Below are positions 28,870 through 38,335 of a DNA stretch of 64,000 nucleotides, in pieces (positions within the stretch are counted from its first letter, which is position 1; the number at the start of each line of letters is the position of its first letter). The DNA is from Candidatus Peribacteria bacterium (GTDB lineage Bacteria; Patescibacteriota; Gracilibacteria; UBA1369; UBA12463). A model generated the notes under the pieces. The model saw only the letters and a list, made by a program, of their open reading frames with translations, made no database searches and was not told where the DNA came from. Made by a program: the position numbers and the translations under genes. Where the stretch lies: positions 11,343 to 75,342 of the forward strand of contig CALREA010000003.1 of assembly GCA_943355055.1 (NCBI GenBank), given 5' to 3'.

Positions 28870-28963
28870 GGCTCAATTGTAACGTTTTATTCAAGGAAAT
28901 GTAAGAAAAAGTTTAGGACGGGGTGCTAAGGTTCCAGATACTTATTTCTTAATCCTTTTTATT

Positions 28964-29371
28964 ATGAAAGGTTACAACAAGGTTATGCTCATTGGTCGAC
29001 TGGCCGCCGACCCGGAGCTCCGTCAGACGACTACCGGCCGCTCCGTAGCGAGTTTTGCTCTCGCCGTACATCGTCAGTCCGTGAAGGAGCCGAATAACGC
29101 GGACTTCCATCAGGTTGTGGCGTGGAGCAAGTTGGCGGATTTCTGTTCCCGTATCTTGAAGAAAGGGATGACGGTTTTTATCACTGGAAAGCTGGTGAAG
29201 CATTCTTATGAAGGCAAGAATGGCAAGCAGTTCGCTACTGAGGTTATTCTCCAGGATGTAAATATCTTGACCTGGAAGGGGAGGGAGTCTGTCGTGGAGG
29301 ATCCCGCAGATGACGATATTGAAGAGGTAGAGGTGTCAGGCGATGAGTTGTCTGCTACAATACTTGCGTGA
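28964..29371 (+). CDS. ssb: single-stranded DNA-binding protein
   Basis: MKGYNKVMLIGRLAADPELRQT, FHQVVAWSKLA and an acidic C-terminal region. Confidence 0.93.
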   Translation: MKGYNKVMLIGRLAADPELRQTTTGRSVASFALAVHRQSVKEPNNADFHQVVAWSKLADFCSRILKKGMTVFITGKLVKHSYEGKNGKQFATEVILQDVNILTWKGRESVVEDPADDDIEEVEVSGDELSATILA

Positions 29372-30318
29372 TAAGCATTGTTATACCTACCTACAATCGG
29401 GCGGATATCCTGAAGGAGTGCTTGGAGCATCTGATGGTGCAAAAAACTGTAGATGGCTCAGGTGAACTTCATGATCAGTTCGAGGTTATCGTTGTAAATG
29501 ATGGTAGCATCGATACTACAGCGAGCGTCGTACAGGCGTTTGCGTCCAACGATCATCAGGTATCCGTCCGATACCTTGAGAAGAAAAACGAAGGACAGGG
29601 GATCGCGCGTAATGTAGGCGTGCGTGAGGCGAAAGGAGATATCATTGTATTTATTGGGGACGATATTCTGGTGGAACCGGATTTTGTGGCAAAACATCTT
29701 GCATTTCACCTAGCGCATCCTGAGATTTCAGCGGGCCTTCTTGGTTTTATCGAATGGGATCCACGTATGCCGAAAACTCCATTGTATACGTTCATGACTA
29801 ACGGCTCTCTGATTTTTGGTCGTTACGGAGGACATCAATTTGCTTTTGAAAAGTTAGAAGGAAAAACGGAGGCAAGTTATGATTTTTTCTATACCTCAAA
29901 TATATCGCTCAAGAAAGAGCTTCTATTGAAGTATCCTTTCGATGAGTCGTTTCTGAAATATGGCTGGGAAGATATTGAGCTTGGATATCGGCTTATGAAA
30001 GATGCAAAATTTCATTTGTTTTATGATAAATCTATCGTCGGTTATCACTTCCATCTGATTGATGAAGAGGGATTACGGAAGCGAATGTATGCTATCGGAA
30101 AGGCGGCGGTTCTGTTTGATCGGAAATATCCCGAGTTGGGAAAGGTTCCGAAACTTTTTAAGAAATGTATTTTTTGGCTTATATCAATCCCCCCCATTAT
30201 TTGGATATTTGATAAAGGTAGAGGCTTGTTCGGTGGGGCGTGGCACTACTGGTATTACTATCTTCTTTCAAAACGTTTTTTCTTGATGGGTTTGCAAGAC
30301 TTCCCGAAATCTCTATAA
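29368..30318 (+). CDS. family 2 glycosyltransferase
   Basis: ISIVIPTYNRADIL, VIVVNDGSIDT and IVFIGDDIL (DxD-like). The GTG start overlaps the ssb stop (GTGA). Confidence 0.85.
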   Translation: MISIVIPTYNRADILKECLEHLMVQKTVDGSGELHDQFEVIVVNDGSIDTTASVVQAFASNDHQVSVRYLEKKNEGQGIARNVGVREAKGDIIVFIGDDILVEPDFVAKHLAFHLAHPEISAGLLGFIEWDPRMPKTPLYTFMTNGSLIFGRYGGHQFAFEKLEGKTEASYDFFYTSNISLKKELLLKYPFDESFLKYGWEDIELGYRLMKDAKFHLFYDKSIVGYHFHLIDEEGLRKRMYAIGKAAVLFDRKYPELGKVPKLFKKCIFWLISIPPIIWIFDKGRGLFGGAWHYWYYYLLSKRFFLMGLQDFPKSL

Positions 30319-30352
30319 TACGAGTGACGTAATCGTCGATGAACTTCACTTC

Positions 30353-31795
30353 ATGAAAAAAACCCTCTCGCTCTTTCTTTTGCTTTCCTTGTTTGTCGGA
30401 CTTACCTCCGGTTGTTCTTTTTTCCTCAAGGATAATTCAGGAAAGGGAAAGGCAGCAAAAATTTTGTTAACGTACTATCGTTTTGGGGATGATGCCGAGG
30501 TTATTAAACCTTTGCTAGATAGCTACGAGTCTGCCCATCCGGGAACGACGATTCAGCTTGTAACTAAATTTCCAAACTATCAGGTATATGAGGATACATT
30601 AATTAATGAAATTGCCGAAGGTAATGGTCCTGATTTGTTCTCTGTTCCTAATACGTGGATTTATAAACATCAGAAAAAGATTGAGCCAATGCCTGATACT
30701 ATGGGTACGGTTGATCAATATCGACAGAATTTCGTGGCTACGGCAGATCGGGATTTAGTACGTCCGGATTCACGATACCCAGGATTACTCAAAATTTTTG
30801 GAATTCCTCTTTTTGTCGATACGTTAGCGGTGTATTATAACAAGCTCCAGTACGAGGATCGAATTCCTAACTCAGGGCGACCTGCAACCCTTTGGAATAA
30901 TTTTGTCGCCGATGGCATTGCTCTTGCCAAGACCGGTACTGAATCCGGTTTTGAAGTTTCCGGTACGGCGCTCGGACGAGTTGATAACATTTCCCACGGA
31001 CTAGATGTTTTTTATAATCTCGTGTTGCAATATGGTGGAAGTTTTTATAATCAACAGGGGACGGATGCCGCGCTCAAGACTCTCATGGTTAAGAAAGATG
31101 ACCAACAGATATATCCTTTCTCTCAAGCGTTGAATTTCTTTGCCGGTTTTGCCCGTAGCGATTCTCCGAATTATGTTTGGAATGCTGCTTCAGCATCACC
31201 CTTCGACTCACAAGAACTTCTCGCTTTTTCCCGTAGCCAGGTATCTTCTGTTTTTGGATATAGCGATGCGTACCAACGTATTATCTCCCTCTCAGGTAGC
31301 TCTGTGAAACAGGGTATGAAAACTATTGGGGCTAAAGATATTGGTATCGCGCCTCTTCCTCAATTTCAGGACCCGTCTGTTTCGACCAGCAAACGTGATG
31401 CTTTGGCTCACTACATGTTTGAAACGGTCTCCAGGAACTCAAAATATCAGAAACAGGCGTGGGAACTTCTTCTCTTTTTGGGGAATAAAAAGAATCAAGA
31501 GTACTACAATAGCAAAACTCATAAACCTACGAGTCGTCGTGACCTCCTGGAGGTCCAATCCAAAGATCCGATTTACGGCGTATTTGCCCAGCAGGTAGGA
31601 TTTGCCAGTAGTCTGCCTCTCTATGATGAGGTACGGGTGAATGAGATTATCTCGAGAATGATCCAAGCTGTTTCCGATGGCTCAAGTGTCCCGAAAGATG
31701 CCGTTGAATCCGCTGATGCTCAAATAGGTGTTCTCCTTCCTAAGACCGGTTTCGTTGGTCCGGGTCCCCATCTTCTGCCGCAGGTGAAGAAGTAG
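30353..31795 (+). CDS. extracellular solute-binding protein (family 1-like) with lipoprotein-type signal peptide
   Basis: MKKTLSLFLLLSLFVGLTSGC signal with Cys21. Sugar-type SBP-like stretches GNGPDLF and LAVYYNK. No adjacent permease. Confidence 0.65.
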   Translation: MKKTLSLFLLLSLFVGLTSGCSFFLKDNSGKGKAAKILLTYYRFGDDAEVIKPLLDSYESAHPGTTIQLVTKFPNYQVYEDTLINEIAEGNGPDLFSVPNTWIYKHQKKIEPMPDTMGTVDQYRQNFVATADRDLVRPDSRYPGLLKIFGIPLFVDTLAVYYNKLQYEDRIPNSGRPATLWNNFVADGIALAKTGTESGFEVSGTALGRVDNISHGLDVFYNLVLQYGGSFYNQQGTDAALKTLMVKKDDQQIYPFSQALNFFAGFARSDSPNYVWNAASASPFDSQELLAFSRSQVSSVFGYSDAYQRIISLSGSSVKQGMKTIGAKDIGIAPLPQFQDPSVSTSKRDALAHYMFETVSRNSKYQKQAWELLLFLGNKKNQEYYNSKTHKPTSRRDLLEVQSKDPIYGVFAQQVGFASSLPLYDEVRVNEIISRMIQAVSDGSSVPKDAVESADAQIGVLLPKTGFVGPGPHLLPQVKK

Positions 31796-31810
31796 TGATA
31801 TTATGCGCTC

Positions 31811-33130
31811 ATGAACCGTAGTTTTTCTCAGTTTATTCACCGATGTACAGAGGTAGTATTAGCTGGTTTTTTCGTAACGCTTTTTATTCCCCTTAAGTTA
31901 CGATTATTTGAGCCTGATATTTTTTTAAGTGGTGATTTTAACCCTTATAATGTTTTTTATCTTTATGCTAGTGATGCGTTTTTCCTTTTAGCTCTTTTTT
32001 TTATCGCACTTCAGTTTTTCTTCGTATCCCATAAGACTGATGATGAAATATTGAATGAATTTACCATCGGGGATTGGCCTATTATACTTTTTTTTGGCCT
32101 CTTAATAGCCGTGTCTCTTATTTCTTTCTTTGTGGTGACGGCTTCATCGGAGATGTTGTTATTTTCTTGGCGTTGGGTTGAGATGCTTGGTTTGTATTAT
32201 ATTGTTTCCCGTAATATCCTTCCCCTCGCGACGATTGCTCGTTTTTTCGTGTGGGCGATGATATTGCAGAGTATCATGGCGGGATTTCAGTATTTTCACG
32301 GGTCGAGTCTTGGATTGTCTTTCCTCGGTGAACCCTTGCTTCATATTGGAGAGCCAGGGATAGCTACAATGACGATGCTCAGTAAGACGATATTGCGAGG
32401 ATACGGTACGTTTTTGCACCCAAATATTTTTGCGGCTTATGCGATTTTTGGAGTTTTTCTTTCACTTTTATATCGAAAAACACGGCCTGTTTTTTTCTCA
32501 GTAGCCATCGGTATTCTTGTTTTTGGTATTATTATTTCTTTTTCTAGAATGGCTCTGTTTGCTCTTATAGCTCTCTTTATTCTCTCTTTTTTCTCGAAAA
32601 AAAAATACTTTTCCACCCGCGTTGTTTCGTATTCTTTGTTTAGTATTGTGGGTGTTTTGATGGCCGGTTTTCTTTCAGGTCTATTCTCTGTTCTCGTAGA
32701 GCGTTTTCAGTTTACCGATAATGCCGCGCTTCAGTTTCGGTATGCTAACTTTATCGATGGAATTCATGTATTCCTCAATTATCCTTTCGGGACGGGCTTG
32801 GGTGGTTCCACGACCGCTATGTCGATGATTTCATCGATGAAATTTGCCCCTTGGCAGTATCAGCCGGCGCATAATTTTTTTCTTGTTATGAGTGATGAGC
32901 TTGGGGTATTTGGACTTATTATTGTTTTGGTTGGTACTTTTTTTCTCTATCGGAATCTCTATCGAGATCGTCAATCTTATCCGCTTCATTTCGCGATTGG
33001 GGTAGCTTTTCTTTGCTTGTCACTCACGGATCATTATTTTTTTACGTTGTACCATGGACAGATACTACTCGTTCTTTTCCTTAGCTTCCTAGCTCTGGCG
33101 AAGCGAGAATCTTCTCCCAGTTCCCATTGA
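31811..33130 (+). CDS. O-antigen ligase / Wzy-like polytopic membrane protein
   Basis: At least 10 hydrophobic segments, with a central ISFSRMALFALIAL and a large loop containing HNFFL, typical of Wzy_C-type proteins. Confidence 0.6.
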   Translation: MNRSFSQFIHRCTEVVLAGFFVTLFIPLKLRLFEPDIFLSGDFNPYNVFYLYASDAFFLLALFFIALQFFFVSHKTDDEILNEFTIGDWPIILFFGLLIAVSLISFFVVTASSEMLLFSWRWVEMLGLYYIVSRNILPLATIARFFVWAMILQSIMAGFQYFHGSSLGLSFLGEPLLHIGEPGIATMTMLSKTILRGYGTFLHPNIFAAYAIFGVFLSLLYRKTRPVFFSVAIGILVFGIIISFSRMALFALIALFILSFFSKKKYFSTRVVSYSLFSIVGVLMAGFLSGLFSVLVERFQFTDNAALQFRYANFIDGIHVFLNYPFGTGLGGSTTAMSMISSMKFAPWQYQPAHNFFLVMSDELGVFGLIIVLVGTFFLYRNLYRDRQSYPLHFAIGVAFLCLSLTDHYFFTLYHGQILLVLFLSFLALAKRESSPSSH

Positions 33131-34052
33131 GAAATGTTTTGATGTCGCATGGTTTCTTCCCTTCCATCTGGAGTTCGAGAGGTAAGATCGCTCCTTGTTT
33201 CGTCCCAATGTGCAATACATCACCGGTAATTCTCATGACTCCCGGATTTAATGACGTTGTTGATTCATCGACTGAGGCTGCGAGAATTTTGAGTCTTTTG
33301 TTTTCCCATGTCGTAAAGCATGATGGCCAAGGAGTGTAGGCGCGAATTTTATTATGAATTTCTTTTGCCGTATTATTTTTCCAATCGATCAGTCCATCAT
33401 TTTTTTCAATTTTTCCACATGTGGTTGCTTTGCTTTCATCCTGCGGAATTGCCGTGAGTGCGCCTTCCAGATAGTCACTGATTACCAGCGGTGCCATTGC
33501 GCCGCCCAGAACGGCGAGTTTCTTGTAGAGCGTGGTGTAGGTATCGTCTTTTTGAATTTCATGTTTTTTCAGGAGGAGAATGTTTCCTTCATCCATTTTT
33601 TCATTCATCTTCATGAATGTGATTCCCGTCGTTGAGTCTCCGTTAAGGAGTGCATGTTGAATAGGGGATGCACCTCGATATTTTGGCAATAATGAGCCGT
33701 GAATATTGATAGCTCCGTATTTTGGAAGTTCGAGTAGATTTGGTGGAATGATCTGTCCATAGGAGATGACGACGAAGAGGTCGGGTTGAAGTTCTTTCAG
33801 CAATGCATAGAAATCTTCATTTTTCCTGATTTTTTTTGGTTGCAATACCGGTATGTTTATGGTCTGAACATGCAATTTTACCGGTGTCGGTTCAAGTTTT
33901 TGATGACGTCCCACAGGCATATCCGGCTGTGATACAACCGCTTTTACTGATATTTCAGCGCTTTTTGAGAGTGCATCCAGAGCCGGTATGGCGAACTCCG
34001 ATGTCCCGAAAAATATGACTTGATATTTCTTCATAAAATTCTTATAGTTCAT
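33081..34052 (-). CDS. fmt: methionyl-tRNA formyltransferase
   Basis: VIFFGTSEFAIP, NIHGSLLPKYRGASPIQ and the C-terminal Formyl_trans_C-like region. Confidence 0.95.
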   Translation of the reverse strand: MNYKNFMKKYQVIFFGTSEFAIPALDALSKSAEISVKAVVSQPDMPVGRHQKLEPTPVKLHVQTINIPVLQPKKIRKNEDFYALLKELQPDLFVVISYGQIIPPNLLELPKYGAINIHGSLLPKYRGASPIQHALLNGDSTTGITFMKMNEKMDEGNILLLKKHEIQKDDTYTTLYKKLAVLGGAMAPLVISDYLEGALTAIPQDESKATTCGKIEKNDGLIDWKNNTAKEIHNKIRAYTPWPSCFTTWENKRLKILAASVDESTTSLNPGVMRITGDVLHIGTKQGAILPLELQMEGKKPCDIKTFLNGNWEKILASPELGS

Positions 34053-34059
34053 TCTTCAT

Positions 34060-35079
34060 ATGCAAGATACCACAACTACATTTCGAGAGGCAAAAAAACT
34101 GATTGAACAATCGGAGAAAATTTTGTTGATTTCTCATCGCCGTCCGGACGGCGATACGTTAGGTGCCAATATCGCGATTCATTTGTTACTCCAGAGTATG
34201 GGCAAGCAAACCACCCTTGCCTGCATCGATGAACCATCTGAGCGATATGCATTTCTCCCTGATATTCGAACTTTTGTTCGTGAGTTTGACTTCCGTCAAT
34301 ACGACCTCATTATCGTCTCGGATGCGGGCGCGCATTATATGACCCAGTTTCATACGATCTATCCGGATATCTTCTCCGGAGTGGTTCCGGTGTTGAATAT
34401 CGATCATCACGCGTCGAATGATAATTTTGGAACACTCAATATGGTCGATCCCGTAGCGCCTTCGGCGACGGTTATTGTTTATCGATGGTTTCGGTACATG
34501 AGAATTACAATAACTCCGAGTATAGCGACCGCCCTCCTTACTGGCATTTATAATGATACCGGAAGCTTGATGCACTCCAATACAACCGAAGAGGTCTATC
34601 TCCAGTCTGCCGATCTGGTTGCCCATGGGGCAAAAGTACATACCATTGCTCGATCCATGTTTCGAACCAATACTCTTAGCTCACTTAAATTGTGGGGCAG
34701 GACGCTTGAAAATATGACTGTGTCGAACGATGGGGTGTGTATCTCGGTTCTCACGACGCGCGACTTTGCCGATTGTGGCGCTCATCCTGATGAGTCCGGC
34801 GGCGTGATTGATTTACTCTATACCGTTCCGGATACAACCTATTGCCTCCTCCTCGCTGAAGACGGGAAGGGGAATATCAAAGGGTCGTTTCGCACACGAA
34901 GAGACGATGTTGACCTGACTCTACTGGCGGCAAAGTTCAATGGTGGTGGTCACAAGAAGGCCGCGGGTTTCAGTATTCCCGGGACTATTCACAAGGAAAC
35001 GATGTGGAAAATCATCACTGATACCCTTCTTCCGTCCGCTTCTCAATTTCCTATACAAGGTTTGACCCTTCAGCAGTAG
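34060..35079 (+). CDS. DHH/DHHA1-family phosphoesterase (NrnA-like oligoribonuclease / pAp phosphatase)
   Basis: SHRRPDGDTLG, IDHHASN and GGGHKKAAGF. Confidence 0.88.
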   Translation: MQDTTTTFREAKKLIEQSEKILLISHRRPDGDTLGANIAIHLLLQSMGKQTTLACIDEPSERYAFLPDIRTFVREFDFRQYDLIIVSDAGAHYMTQFHTIYPDIFSGVVPVLNIDHHASNDNFGTLNMVDPVAPSATVIVYRWFRYMRITITPSIATALLTGIYNDTGSLMHSNTTEEVYLQSADLVAHGAKVHTIARSMFRTNTLSSLKLWGRTLENMTVSNDGVCISVLTTRDFADCGAHPDESGGVIDLLYTVPDTTYCLLLAEDGKGNIKGSFRTRRDDVDLTLLAAKFNGGGHKKAAGFSIPGTIHKETMWKIITDTLLPSASQFPIQGLTLQQ

Positions 35080-35096
35080 TTTGTTACAATCTTGCC

Positions 35097-36095
35097 ATGT
35101 TTAGGAAGATTCTCACTATTGTTATTTTTTCCGTGTTTGTTGTTTTTAGTATCCCGTTTTTCCTCGGTCTTGCCCTTTCGCACACTTTTTTTTCTCAGAA
35201 TTTTTATACCGGGACTTTTTTGAACACCGCTTATGTTCCGCTTGTCGACGCGGCTGCTGGAAATATGACGGAACTCGATCCTGCCATTGCGCGTTATTTC
35301 CCGCAAGACGAAATCCGACAACTTTTGATGATGCATTTTACCAAGGATGTTTTTCGCACTGTTATCGAAGGAACTTCCTCGAAGTTGCATCAAGAGATCG
35401 CCGCAACTCCCGCTAGCATCTCTCGATCTGACAAATTACCATTGAGCATCAATCTTACTCCGTTACTTGAACCGTCTAAGCTTTTTCTGCAGACGGCGAC
35501 GCAACGTGTCCTCGATCGTCTTCCTCCGTGCAAGGCCGGTATTCAGCCTGAAATTACCGGTATTTTTCCCAGCTGTTCTCTCCTTTCCTGGAAAACAGAT
35601 GATTTTAGAAATCAATTTAATAAGCAATTTCAACAAACTTATGAAAAGAAAATACTCAATAATGTCATGAGTGCCAATGGATCCGGTTTCGTCAAAAATA
35701 TCGAGCTGGATGTCTCCCGTCGTGACATAGGTCTTGTACTTCGACAATTCGATATGATGAATATATACGTCGTATTATTTATGGTTGCTTTTGTCTCTTT
35801 AATGCTTCTTCTTTGGCTCCGCAAATTGAAAATCGGACTGATGTATTCGGGAATTATGATTGTTTCTTCCGGTGTTGTCGGCTTGTTGATTGCCATGATG
35901 CTTTCAAAGATTGTTTTATTTTTACCATCCGATGCTCTTATGGATCCTGCCTTGTCTGAAGCGAATATCGCCCTGGCACGCGAAATACTCGGTGTTGTTT
36001 TTGTATCGTTTGCCAAGGCTTATGCCGGAATTCTCTTGGTGATTACCCTCCTTGGTGGTTCGGTGTATGCTTTATCTCGTCGTTACCTTGCCTAA
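35097..36095 (+). CDS. membrane protein of unknown function (332 aa)
   Basis: An N-terminal TM and three C-terminal TM helices around a soluble middle region. No motif is recognised. Confidence 0.55.
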   Translation: MFRKILTIVIFSVFVVFSIPFFLGLALSHTFFSQNFYTGTFLNTAYVPLVDAAAGNMTELDPAIARYFPQDEIRQLLMMHFTKDVFRTVIEGTSSKLHQEIAATPASISRSDKLPLSINLTPLLEPSKLFLQTATQRVLDRLPPCKAGIQPEITGIFPSCSLLSWKTDDFRNQFNKQFQQTYEKKILNNVMSANGSGFVKNIELDVSRRDIGLVLRQFDMMNIYVVLFMVAFVSLMLLLWLRKLKIGLMYSGIMIVSSGVVGLLIAMMLSKIVLFLPSDALMDPALSEANIALAREILGVVFVSFAKAYAGILLVITLLGGSVYALSRRYLA

Positions 36096-36097
36096 TT

Positions 36098-36472
36098 ATG
36101 ACGCATCATCGCTATCTTTCGATTATTGGAGTTGCTGCCGCAATGAGCTGGCTGGGCTGGCTGGTGGTGGTTTTTAAACTTGCTCCATTTGAGTCAACAG
36201 GGATGGCGCTTGGGTTTTTCTTTCTTACTCTTTTCCTTGCCCTGGCATGTAGTTTTGCTATTTTTGGCTTCTATGTACGTCTTTGGCTTAATCGAAATGA
36301 AGTATACTATCATCATATCAATATCTCGCTCAGACAGGGTGTGCTCTTGAGTGTGTTGGCGGAGGCGGCACTTGCTCTTCAGTTGGCCGGAGTATTGACT
36401 TGGTGGACCGGCATATTACTTATCACCTCCATCGTCTTGGTGGAGTTGTATTTTGCGTTAAGTTTTAAATAG
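36098..36472 (+). CDS. membrane protein of unknown function (124 aa)
   Basis: Four hydrophobic segments. The start lies 2 nt after the preceding stop. Confidence 0.55.
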   Translation: MTHHRYLSIIGVAAAMSWLGWLVVVFKLAPFESTGMALGFFFLTLFLALACSFAIFGFYVRLWLNRNEVYYHHINISLRQGVLLSVLAEAALALQLAGVLTWWTGILLITSIVLVELYFALSFK

Positions 36473-36478
36473 GTTATT

Positions 36479-37231
36479 TTACAGTCCGTAGAAATGTTTT
36501 TTCACAAACCCTATTTTTTCCAATGGGAATAGCGCCAGCCAGGCTCTGCCTTCCATGCGATCAAGTCCGATAAACGCATCCGCGTCAGTTTTACAGCCGC
36601 TGATCATCGAACTCCTGAAACAACTTCGCGCGTCGGAGGATACTTGTCGATTATCTCCGAATACAAGGTATCTTCCCTCCGGTACTACGAATTTTGTTTT
36701 TTCCGGGATGAGAGGGAGTGTGTTTCCCTGATTGGCCGCGCTTAAATAGGGTTCATCTAATTTAATTCCATCTGGGTGTTCCTTGTTCGTGACGTATACG
36801 TAACCATTTTTGAGATCAACGGTTTCTCCCGGTAGTCCAATAATTCGCTTGATGAAAAACTCCTGTCCATCCATATGGAGAAGCGTCTTGAAGAGTGACT
36901 CGAGTTTTCCATAGGTATCGCTGCTTGGAGGTCTGAATACGATAATATCTCCTCTTTCCGGAGAATCAATAATGTATCCTAACTTACTAATAATGAGATA
37001 TTCTCCATATCCCGTGTTGCATACTCCGTTTCGATAATTCATGGTGTTGCACATCGATGTTCCATGTACCTGAAACGGCGCGACGAGATAGCTGCGTATA
37101 AACACTACCATCGCGATGATTACTACGGCATCAATAATTATTTCTCCTATAAATTTTATAGCTTTTTTTATCCCCGGAGGAACGTTCGGCCTTTTCTTCT
37201 GCGGATGTAATACATGGTTCATGGCTGCCAT
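36479..37231 (-). CDS. lepB: signal peptidase I
   Basis: TM anchor, catalytic-Ser box HGTSMCNTM, KRIIGLPGE and GDNRQVSSDAR. Confidence 0.9.
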   Translation of the reverse strand: MAAMNHVLHPQKKRPNVPPGIKKAIKFIGEIIIDAVVIIAMVVFIRSYLVAPFQVHGTSMCNTMNYRNGVCNTGYGEYLIISKLGYIIDSPERGDIIVFRPPSSDTYGKLESLFKTLLHMDGQEFFIKRIIGLPGETVDLKNGYVYVTNKEHPDGIKLDEPYLSAANQGNTLPLIPEKTKFVVPEGRYLVFGDNRQVSSDARSCFRSSMISGCKTDADAFIGLDRMEGRAWLALFPLEKIGFVKKHFYGL

Positions 37232-37288
37232 CTTATATTTTATTCGCTTTATTTACAAGTGTCAGTAACTCCAGTACAATTCCCTTGT

Positions 37289-37903
37289 ATGAAATTGGCA
37301 TATTATTTTTTTGGTGAGTATCTCGAAAAAGGAGAGAAGGTGCATGCGGTTATTCATCGACATCTTGCCGTAATGTCTCCCATATTTATTAAAATTCTTA
37401 TCATTGGATTTCTTTTTCCCATCGGTATCGTTTACTTTTTTCCAATGCTTTTTTGGTTGATGGTTTCATGGATGATTTTGGCTGTCCTTCGAATTTTTTA
37501 TGATCTCTACGATTGGTATTATTATGTCTGGCTGATTACCGATAGAGGTATTCTTGATATTCGTTCACCGGGACTCTTCGAGGTTTCTACCGCGAGAGTT
37601 GAGTATCATATGATCGAGGGTGTCAGCTACACTATTGCCGGTTTTTGGCGAACAGTGCTTGGTTTTGGCGATATCACCATCCAGAAAGTCGGCTCTGGCT
37701 CGGTAATGACTATGCACGGGGGCGATAATCCTAAAAGGATTGAACGATTTGTTCTGAAGTATCAGGAAGAATATATGGAACATCATAATTACAATAGTCA
37801 CGATACGCTCAAGTCTCTTCTTTCCGGTATGCTCTATGAGCATATGAAAAAGGCGGGGCATGATGATTCTTCTCATTCGGAGCCAATAAAAAAGAAAAAA
37901 TAA
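37289..37903 (+). CDS. membrane protein with bacterial PH (bPH/YdbS-like) domain
   Basis: Two TM helices are followed by YYYVWLITDRGILDIR...GFGDITIQKVG, which resembles bPH_2 domains. The ATG at 37289 is preferred because the longer ORF overlaps the lepB start. Confidence 0.5.
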   Translation: MKLAYYFFGEYLEKGEKVHAVIHRHLAVMSPIFIKILIIGFLFPIGIVYFFPMLFWLMVSWMILAVLRIFYDLYDWYYYVWLITDRGILDIRSPGLFEVSTARVEYHMIEGVSYTIAGFWRTVLGFGDITIQKVGSGSVMTMHGGDNPKRIERFVLKYQEEYMEHHNYNSHDTLKSLLSGMLYEHMKKAGHDDSSHSEPIKKKK

Positions 37904-37912
37904 GCACTTTCT

Positions 37913-38335
37913 ATGAATGTATTGAATGTCGGTATTGCTATTCTCTTTCTGATGTTTGTTGGATTTTGTTTGTATGTAGCCTTTTTTCGAAAGCGTCTTG
38001 TTTTTTCATTGAAGGACGTTGACATGATACGTACCCGTTTTGCCGAACTGGAAAAGAAGCTTCATTGGGATCCTCGTTTTGTCGTAATGGAAGGGGATAA
38101 ACTCTTACATTTCCTCTTTCAAAAGCTTGGGTACAAAGGAGTGCTTGGCGATTCACTCAAAAGGGCCGGACGTCAGTTTTCTCATGAGCAAGATTTGTGG
38201 AGGGCTCATAAGTTGAGAAATTCTTTGGCGCATGAGTTGGGTAGTGAGGTTGATATCAAAATGGCTCGATCTGCGCTCAAGGCTTATAAATCGGCATTTG
38301 AGCAGTGCGGTATTTCATTCCCTTCCCATGAATAA
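37913..38335 (+). CDS. TM-anchored small protein with HEPN-like RNxxxH motif
   Basis: N-terminal TM helix VGIAILFLMFVGFCLYVAFF. WRAHKLRNSLAHE (R102..H107) fits the Rx4H HEPN signature. The 3' end overlaps the coaE start by 8 nt. Confidence 0.5.
   Translation: MNVLNVGIAILFLMFVGFCLYVAFFRKRLVFSLKDVDMIRTRFAELEKKLHWDPRFVVMEGDKLLHFLFQKLGYKGVLGDSLKRAGRQFSHEQDLWRAHKLRNSLAHELGSEVDIKMARSALKAYKSAFEQCGISFPSHE

Noticed and set aside
28870-28963. FMN riboswitch expected upstream of ribE
   Set aside because: The intergenic region is only 94 nt and is shared with the divergent ssb promoter. That is shorter than the roughly 140 nt I recall for an FMN aptamer, and I could not recognise its conserved core.
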